64,000 nucleotides of DNA from the NCBI RefSeq assembly GCF_006345805.1, contig NC_043003.1:46748001-46812000 (forward strand). The letters run 5' to 3'. Numbering within the stretch: position 1 is the first letter of the stretch; each line of letters begins with the position of its first letter. A program made the translations under genes and the position numbers. This document shows positions 54,342-64,000 of the stretch, piece after piece. The notes under the pieces are model-generated. The model was given only the letters and a program-made list of their open reading frames with translations. It was not told the DNA's origin and made no database searches. Source of the DNA: Octopus sinensis (lineage: Eukaryota).

Positions 54342-56243
54342 AGTGTATACAAGTGCATGGGAAGAGGTGCTCATTATTTCATCTTGAAAGATGACAGTTT
54401 CAAATTTCGTTCCAGTTCACCCTAGAAAAATCTGCTTTTACTCGTGACCTTGTGTCATAAATAGCTTCACATCAGACATCTAGCTCTTCGTTAACTCTTC
54501 TTTAACACTCGCTTGCTGTTCTCATTCTTTAAAAATAATTCTGAATATAACTTGTTTTGTTTTTGTCTTTGCACCGATTCACTCCAGCAATTATTGACGA
54601 AAGGCGTCAATAACAGCTAGATTTTGCACAATTAACCTCCCCCTTTCTCTTTGTCTCTCTCTCTCTCTTTTTCCCTCCATTCCTCTTTCACTTACACCCG
54701 TGTATGCGTGGTAGCTTATGTGTGTATATTTATATACATGCATGTGTGTGTATGTATGTGTGTAAGTATGCATGTATCTATGGATGGATGGATGTACGTA
54801 CGTATTTATGTATGTATGTATGCATGTATGTATGCATCTATGAGTTTGTCTATGTATAGCAACAAATGCACACATGCATAGAAACAGAATACGATATATA
54901 TATACATACACACAAAAAAAAGCACGCGTACACACATGAATATGTACACAGACACACGCATGTGCGTGCGTGCTTGCGTGCATGCCTGCGAGCGTTCGTG
55001 AGTGTGTGTGTGTCTGTGTGTGTCTGTGTGTATGTGAGAGAGAGAGAGAGAGAGCATGTGTGTGTATACATTTGTCTTTTAATCTTTCATGTAGCCCTTT
55101 GCTTTCTTCCCTTTTTATTCTATAAGGCTCTACATCCAACCTGGAAGCCGCTCGTACCCTACATTGCCGCCAATTTCAAAGAGTCTTACCCGAAACCACT
55201 ACACTACCCCCATCTACACCGCACCTCTACTCCCGGAAAGTTTAGTAAATTTATCTAGTTGGACCTCCACCTCTTTCTTCTAACTCTTCCCTTTCCTCTC
55301 TCTTACATTATTCTACTTCTTCCTCTTTCACTATAACTTCACCTCTCCTTCATCATCTCCTCGCTCTTTGTCTCTCCCACTATGTCTCTCACCCTCTTAC
55401 CCTTTCTCTTTTCTCTCTCTCACTCTCTATCTATCTATCTACCTCCTCTTTCACTGTCTTGTCTCCCACCACAATATGGCGGCTGGCTGGCCATTAGAAC
55501 GAGGAAACACATTGCTAAGTGGCGAATGTCACTTGAGATTGTATCTGGCTTAATTGGCTTCACACCCAACACCCACACCCTCGTATACCTCACTTCACTG
55601 CAAACCATTACCGCCACAAACCACCGTCCTTACTTCGTCACCATCGCTACTATATCATTTTTCCACACACACCGGCAAAGTGTAACCCTTCATCACAAGG
55701 CCTGCAAAAAAACCACAACCGCATCTACCGTCACCGCCGCCGCCACCATAGTTGCTGTTACCGCCACTACTACCACTACTACCACTACTACCACTAGCAC
55801 TAACCTTCCCCCCACTTTCCCGACCCCCCCGACTATTACCTTCCCTCCATCTCACACCAGTCGCTCTGGTAGTCATTTTATCTCGATTTTGCATACATTC
55901 TACAACAGTGGAGCAACGGTGTCAACCCACTATTTCCCATAAAACAGAAGAGGGACACAGATGAACAGATAGAGTAAAAATTTAGGTACAGACACATATG
56001 CATAGACACAAACAAATGGGCATGTGTGTGTGTGAGTATGTGAGTATGTGAGTATGTGTGTGTGTGTAAACCTCTGGGTTGGTGTATGTGTATATATATC
56101 TATATCTATATTTATATTCGTGCATATGCGCAATTGTGTTTGTGTGAGATACTGTGTGTGTACGTGTCTCGTGATTTTGTCAGGAATTTTAAAATAGAGT
56201 ATGCTTAAATTCTACTTTACGCATTGGATCTCTTGCACGTGCA

Positions 56244-56298
<55 letters not shown>

Positions 56299-56497
56299 TA
56301 CATACATACATACATACATACATAGATACATATACATATTCATACATATATGCATATAAACATAGATACATACGTACCTATATAAATGCATACATGCATG
56401 CTTACACACACACACATATTTATATATATATATATATGTATATATATATACATACACATGCATTTATATGCATACATACGTGCATGCATACATGTAC

Positions 56498-56547
<50 letters not shown>

Positions 56548-57819
56548 TATATATATATATATATTATATAATACATACATTCAAACATAGATACAAACAT
56601 GCAGACATATATATATACACACATGCATAATGCATATACACCCGTGTATGCACACAACATACATACATGATATGACATGCATATATAAGATGTGTCTTCT
56701 CTTGTCCTACACACGTCAAATCTCAAAGCTCCTCTTCTACAAGTCATGTGCAGAAGGTAGCCAAAATATATCTATAGTATAAATAGAACAGTGAAACTCC
56801 CAAGTTGCAATCACAAATCCCGATTATGTCATTCTTCAATGTATAACACATGTAAACATTAGCGGCCTCCAGAATGTCATCGAGATATACCTTCCATTGC
56901 GGCATAATGCTGTTGCTAAACCATTATGCAATGCGACCAGCAAAAAAAAAGTGTGCCCTGGCAACTTAACCCTGGGCAACGGGGTGCCACCGATGAGGAT
57001 TAATTCAATCCGAAATCATCGATATGACGCTCTCGCTTGCTGTAGGGAGGTTGTCTCCCTTGTCAGTCAATAGACAAGAGCTTTGCCCGTAGCTAAGAGA
57101 TGTTTTGATTCTTATTTCTAGAACTGGTGGTGCTGACTTGCTCTCTTGATCACTTTAGTGACGATTGTACTTAAGCCTTTTGGTTTTTAAATTACGATTA
57201 ACTATCTTTATAAAACAGTGGTAAGTAGCTTGCTTAACAACCACATGGTTCCAGCCATCAGTTCGATATTTGATGTGTGGCACACTATGAACCTGAACAG
57301 GTAATGTTGATTTGGTGGACGGAGTGAAATAATGTGTAGCACAAATACTTGATCACTAGAAACAATAATCTGTGCAGGTTTTTCTTCAGGAAATTCCAAA
57401 ACCCTCATCTGTTGTCTACGTCAGGAAATTCCATGAATATGTTTACAAAGATGTGTACGTGTATGTATATACATGTGTGTGTGTGTATGTGTGTGTGTGT
57501 GTGCGTGTGTGTGTGTGTGTTTGCGCAATTAAAACAAAGTTAAGGTACGGGACGTAACCCCGAGTGCGCAGCGGTATATAGTTCAAGAACAAAGACGTCA
57601 ATGGTATATTGGTGATAATACAAGATAAAGTCTAAATTGCCTCCACCTCTAATGAAAGTAAGACAGTCGCCTGGTAGCAATCAAACTGTTTTTGTTTTTT
57701 GTTTTTATTTTCTTAATGGTGTATTAAGTTTGGAGAAATTCTTAATTTTTGCGATTAACTTACTCTTCTTATATATATATATATATACACACACACATAT
57801 ATATATATATATATAAATT

Positions 57820-57880
<61 letters not shown>

Positions 57881-58199
57881 ATATATACACATATATATAT
57901 ATATATAAATTTATATATATATGTGTGTGTGTGTGTGTGTAAGTTTATATATATATATATATTGCTTATACTGTAGTGTCTAGGTGGGGGTCATTACGCC
58001 AATTAAAATTAGCAAACACCTGTGTTTATAATTATTGATGTAATGAGCATCCCAAGGCACGACAACATGTTTTAACACAGAAATTTACATCAATAATCTT
58101 AGAAATCAAATACAAAATAGAAGTAAATAAGGTGCAGGCGTAGCTGTGTGGTAAGAAGCTTGATAGGACGCTTGATAAGATCCAAACCATTCATGTGAA

Positions 58200-59545
58200 A
58201 ACCCGAAAAATACAAACAAATGCATATAATTTCCACATAAACAGTGACGTAGACCGCCTCTACCTAAAACGTAGACAAGGCGGCAGAGGCTTAACATCGA
58301 TCCAAAATACCTTTGAATGTTGCCTCATATCCCTTCGGCAACATCTTTTAACCACCAAGCGCCGAAGTTCATCCCATGACCAAGTTTGGATACATGAGGC
58401 TGATAACATCATAAGACATGGAAGGCAGCTCCTTGAGCAACACTCTTTGTCTGATAACCTAGAATGCATGCCCAAAGAAGTCGCACGACATATCAGATGA
58501 AAAGATGAGCCTATATCAGCAGAAGACTACGCTTGGATATGCTACAAGAAAGCTCCATGAAGATAGTAACATCGATCATCAAAGCAGTTTATTATGGACC
58601 AATAGCCGGATTACTACCTCTCACTTCGAAGGGTATGCGTTTGCAATTCAGGAACAGGAAATATCAACCAAGTACTTGATGCACAAAAGGGATAGAGATG
58701 CGGGGAAAGCCGTAAAATGTGACAACCGATGCAGACTCTGTGGAGTTTACACTGAAGATATCCCCCACATGATAAGTAGTTGTCCGAAAATGTCATCACG
58801 GTATTATCTACCGATGAGACATGATGTTATAGCTAGGATACTATATAATGAAATCCGTCGGAAGACTAACTCCGAAAACAAAGAAATAAGAACCCACAGT
58901 GTGGTAGAAGCCATAGCCACTCATAATGAAAAAGAGTACTGGTGGAATGTCCCCGAAAAACCTTAATAAAATGTAAGCACAACAGACCTGATATAATGAT
59001 TTGGGATAAAGAAAAGAAATGGTGCACAGCTGTGGAAATTAGCTGCCTAGCGGATGTTAACATAAAACTGAAGATCAGTGAAAAAGAAAATACATACGCT
59101 GAACTATTGAGAAATCTGCAGTTACTTTATCCAGATTACAAGTTCAGGTTTATACCTGTAAATATTGGGGCCCTGGGATATGTAACACACGGTCTAAATA
59201 CTGATGTTGAGAAATTAGGTTTCTCAAAACCAGAAAGGAGAAAGCTAATTCGAAAACTACAGATCCAATCTATCACTGGAACTGTTAAAGTCTGTAAAAC
59301 TTTCCAGAAGTTTATCATTTAAAAATATATGAGCATGTCTAGATATGTAACTATATGATGAGAATACATACATACATACATACATACATACATACATACA
59401 TACATACATACATACATACATACATACCCAGTTAGTATTATTAAAATTCCAAAGAAGGAGCCTTAAATCTAGGTTAGATACTGGCTCTTTCTCTATGTGT
59501 AAGAAATCTTGAAATAAAACTGAATAATGGCATACATACACACAT
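58200..59545 (+). mobile_element. 5'-truncated R4/Dong-like LINE (RT thumb, CCHC knuckle, REL endonuclease, 3' UTR)
   Basis: DVDRLYLKRRQGGRGL; CRLCGVYTEDIPHMISSC; RHD; HNRPDIMIWD..VEISC..KENTY; one stop and one frameshift; (CATA)n in the 3' region. Confidence 0.9.
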
Positions 59546-59775
59546 ACAAATTTACATACAAACACATCATTTAGGCACATATACAAACACATCTTTAGAC
59601 ACTTTATTACAATGCTACATACTTAGGAGAAGCAGCAACAAAAATACAATATACGCCTACACAATGACACTTATATTTTTTAACTTACATATGTACATAG
59701 ATAACGACATAAAAGAGATGTGTATGTATATATCAAAAATTATGTAAACACAATTTTAGTAGATTTACGACTGTA

Positions 59776-59995
59776 TACGAGGAACGGCTGAAAAGTACAT
59801 AGGATGAGCAAAACGCTCTCATGGAATGTGACCAAATGAGATTTATTTTTCAACATAGTCCCCCTTGTGGTCCACACACTTCTTCAATCGGTATTGCATT
59901 ACTTGAATCCCATTGGTGAAGAAGCTTTTATCCTGTTGGTCAAAAAATTCATCAACGGGAGATATGACATCATCATCACTGCAATAAAACTGATT
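59776..59995 (-). mobile_element. Mariner 3' end fragment
   Basis: FFDQQDKSFFTNGI..KKCVDHKGDYVEK* and TIR-like TACGAGG..CTGAAAAGT. Confidence 0.8.
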
Positions 59996-60502
59996 AATGA
60001 CATACATACATACATACATACATACATACATACATACATACATACATACATACATACATACATACACAAGATAACAGGTTTTCCCACACACAAATGGAAG
60101 TATAAAGAAAAGAAAACTTGAAGATGTGGTTTATGTTCAAAATATTTACAATTACTTTCACAATTTTCATGATTTTCAAAACTAGCTAAATATAGAGAGT
60201 CCTGGAAGCTGTAATGTATTTGGATTAAATTTTCAATGGGTGTTTACCACAGATTGTTCAGAAGGCAGTTCTTCATATTTGATTGCTGATGCTGTCTATC
60301 AGAGTATGCTGACTGGCTGAGTTACGCTTAGTTGCTTTTCGTTTCTTTGTTTAGTCCAGTGATTTTTACGTAGTCTTATATAAGAACTGGACCACCCTGA
60401 TTGGTTAGTGCCCATATCTGGCAAATATATTTAGGGAATTCAATGAGTTCACTTGATTATATTAACTTATCATAATTTTTCATCTCTTTTTATATGTATA
60501 TA

Positions 60503-61320
60503 CAGGGTGCAGTGAATATATTGTTGTCTAAATTACACAAAAAAATGAAAATAACACTAACATCTCATTTTAACAGATATATTTACCAAAATTTCATTAA
60601 AATATTTTGAAATACTGTAAAGAGTATCTCCTGCAACTCTTCTGGACAGTCTCCTTGTTTAAGTTGGTGAATGCTACCTTAATCCTTGCCTTCAGTTCCT
60701 CTTTGGTGTTACAAGGAGTTTTGTTGGTCTCTCGCTCAACTGCGCCCAACACATAATAATCAAGGGGGTTGCAGTCTGGGGAATTAGGTGGACAGATATT
60801 AGGGGTGATGTGGTCGCTCAGATTGTCTGACAGCCATGACTGGGTTCTCCTGCTTGTGTGGCATGGTGCAGAGTTCTGTTGCCAGACAAAGGGCCTTCTA
60901 GCAGCTACCCTCTTGACCAGGGCAGCACTCTTCTCCCGGGCACTGATGTAGGCCTCCGTTTGCGTTTGAGGCTGTGTGGGAAGATGAATGGAAGCATAAC
61001 GTCGCCATCACTAGTGATCACTCCAAACACCATGATGTTCACTGGATATTTGATTTTTATCACTCTCAGTATGTGTTCTCAGATTGCACTGTCCTCAGAT
61101 TGATACCCAAACATTTAGAAATGTTCGTATTCCAGCGTGAATGCCAAGCAGCACAACATATCGTTTCCAAATTTCTGGCTGAGTGAATTGCGTCATGGTG
61201 CTTTTTTTTTCTCACAGGCGGTGCCCAACTATACAGTGTAGTCGACAAATTTAAAAACAAACAATGCGCATGCGTGAAATTAAAAATATAAAATGCCGAC
61301 AATTTACCCATCGCACCCTG
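60503..61320 (-). mobile_element. Internally deleted Tc1/mariner element, maT (DD37D)-like
   Basis: TA|CAGGGTGC ... GCACCCTG|TA ends; QQNSAPCH..PPNSPDCNPLDYYVW with a terminal Asp motif; subfamily call by motif only. Confidence 0.75.
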
Positions 61321-61394
61321 TAACTGCGAATACATATATGTTTTATTTTCATCATGTTTTTTTTCCTTCTCTCACCATGTTTTTCCTCTTAACC

Positions 61395-61430
61395 CTTTCT
61401 GTCGAAGATCGTAGGCTCGAAACGTCAAAG
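61395..61430 (+). ncRNA. Minimal hammerhead-like motif, variant core, probably decayed
   Basis: CUUU-CUGUCGA-A-GAUC(GUAG)GCUC-GAAAC-GUC-AAAG: stem I CUUU/AAAG, A6 replaced by U, one mismatch in stem II. Confidence 0.55.
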
Positions 61431-61568
61431 ACTTTTCCATTCTTCCCGAACTCCATCCTAATACAACTTGTTGTTCCCTCACGTGTCTTCGTCTTTTGTT
61501 TTCTGTAACTTTGAACTATATATAAAGATATATATGTAAGTATGTATTTTTGTATGTGCGTATATATA

Positions 61569-61614
<46 letters not shown>

Positions 61615-61792
61615 AAAGAGACTGATAGAATAGAATTTGTTCGATATTAATGGCGGTGCTCCAGCATGGCCGCAGTCAAATGACTGAAGTAAAAGAATAA
61701 AAGAAGATATATATATCTAAATTATATATACATATATATATATGTATGTATGTCTTATATATATATATATTATATTACATATATATATACAT

Positions 61793-61859
<67 letters not shown>

Positions 61860-62131
61860 TCTGCATTTGACATGGAAATAAGTATAGTACTGATGGAAAA
61901 CCTCTATGAATGGGTGAAGATTGCTCAACATTTTAAAACTGATGTAATACAAGGTTTAATAAAATGTTGTAGCATGAAACGATCGTACCAAATTACCGAA
62001 GATATTCTTGTTGCTTACTTTGATTATAATCACCCCCATGGATTTATATGGATAATACTGTACAAATTCTCGTGCATCTGACTTAAGTACCATATTCATT
62101 TGAATCTAAATTTGGAACTTATACATATATA

Positions 62132-62201
<70 letters not shown>

Positions 62202-62431
62202 TATATATATAGTAAAATAGAAGATTGGGTAAAATTCTTAGTATTTTCTAGTCAGCATTATACATTTTTCGGTTGCTAAAAGGAGTTACAAAATTGTACA
62301 TATGTAGGAAAAGCATGTAAGATATTGTCTATTAGAAATTCCTCATACAGAGAATCAAACAAAGCCGAAATATGCTAATGTCCTTCACGAGGACACTGCT
62401 TGGATTACAGCTAAATCTACGTAATAAACAA

Positions 62432-62472
<41 letters not shown>

Positions 62473-62551
62473 TATATATATATATATATATATATTATAG
62501 ATATATATATATATATATTATATATATATATATATATATACATATATATAT

Positions 62552-62598
<47 letters not shown>

Positions 62599-63554
62599 CA
62601 ATTCTTAGTGGTTGAGACCCTCGCGGATCTATCTTTAGCGTAAGAGCGTTCACATAGTGGATTCTCTCTCATATTTGTTTATATATATATATATATATAT
62701 ATACATACATATATACATACACACACATATATATATAATACACATATTTACATACATGCCTTCACATATAATTCTGTGTCTATACGTGTGTCTGTGTGTT
62801 GTAGGAGGCCATATACGGCTTATACTTGTTTATTATGCAAATTCAGCAGTATTATTCCTTGTATTACAAAAGTTTTTGCTGAATTCTTCTGTTGTGAAAG
62901 AGTGATGTCGTGGTTTGCTGTTAAGACCTGGTTGGTGGTTGTTTACTTACTTAATCTGCTTTCATCACTGAGGGCGATCAACTACTTGAGAAATGACCTC
63001 AGCCATTTAGAAAAACAATAGGGTACTCCCTTACGCTCTTACTACACATGAGAGAAAGGAGAGATTGGGATGAGTGGGGGTGTACGAAAAAGAAAAGAAA
63101 GGATGAAAGTGAGAAACTCTGTGTGTGTACGTGTGTACGCGTGAGTGAAAGAGAGAGAGAGAGAGAGATTAATGGAAAGTGAATTAAAGGTAATGAAAGA
63201 GATGGTGGGAGGTGAAAAACTGTTGTGAAACAATGGTCACACCACCATCCCTTCTTCACTATCAGGACCTCCACCACCACCAACACAGTCCTCATCATCC
63301 TCATCATCATCACCATCATAATCATGATCATCCTTATCATTATCATCACCATCATAATCATAATCGTCATCGTTATCATTTTTGTCCTCCGCTTCTTCGT
63401 CACCATCACCCGCAGCAGCTACAACAGCAATGTTACCACAATCTTAACACCACCACCAGAAAGAACTACAGTGACGAGCAACGTGGTCGCTGGAAATGCT
63501 TGAATGTATATATATATATGTATGTGTATATATATAGTACATATATATATATAC

Positions 63555-63671
<117 letters not shown>

Positions 63672-63693
63672 TATACATATATATATATATATA

Positions 63694-63738
<45 letters not shown>

Positions 63739-64000
63739 AAAAAATGAAGTTCGAAAATGCTGCTATATTATACAATTTTTATATATACATTATAACATGT
63801 TTCAGTTCCTGAAATGAACCTTATCAAAAAAAGTTATATATAAAAAAAGACAGCTCATGCCGTCAAACACAAGAAATTCATTTATAATACACAACGGAGT
63901 CAGACATTTTAGAGTTCATGTATAGTTGATATATAGTTTGAAGTAAGTTCATTCATGCTATATGTTCAAAGTGTTCGATGCAGTGGCCCACGGTGGCGAT

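Noticed and set aside
55127-55260. Next MYRF exon after a strong pyrimidine tract
   Set aside because: No convincing donor and no SPPDSGSE-type motif in the required phase.

Overview
AT-rich, repeat-saturated animal genomic DNA. The SINE families and microsatellite density suggest an octopus genome (inference; no database search was run). There are no prokaryotic features, CRISPR arrays or intact long ORFs; nearly all ORFs in the supplied track are microsatellite or transposon-remnant translations. Most of the window is tRNA-derived SINEs (working labels A, B, C, H and an RTE-tailed type), decayed LINEs (CR1/Jockey-like, R4/Dong-like), Tc1/mariner, hAT and Helitron remnants, and simple repeats. 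The only host-gene signal is a pair of phase-compatible + strand exons (33163-33213, 33722-33797); the second resembles the N-terminal exon of invertebrate myelin regulatory factor (MYRF), so much of the window may be intronic. The most notable observation is a tRNA-headed SINE whose 3' part carries a minimal type I hammerhead ribozyme of the Penelope-like (PLE) kind. One copy has an intact core (38556-38601). Another is inserted with an inverted copy of its own tail inside a single 12-bp TSD (5921-6329). Two further unrelated hammerhead-like motifs occur (61395, 63790). Also notable: a near-perfect ~175-bp inverted repeat, a 30-bp minisatellite upstream of a mariner transposase, and modular SINEs with swapped tails. 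Boundaries of decayed repeats are approximate.
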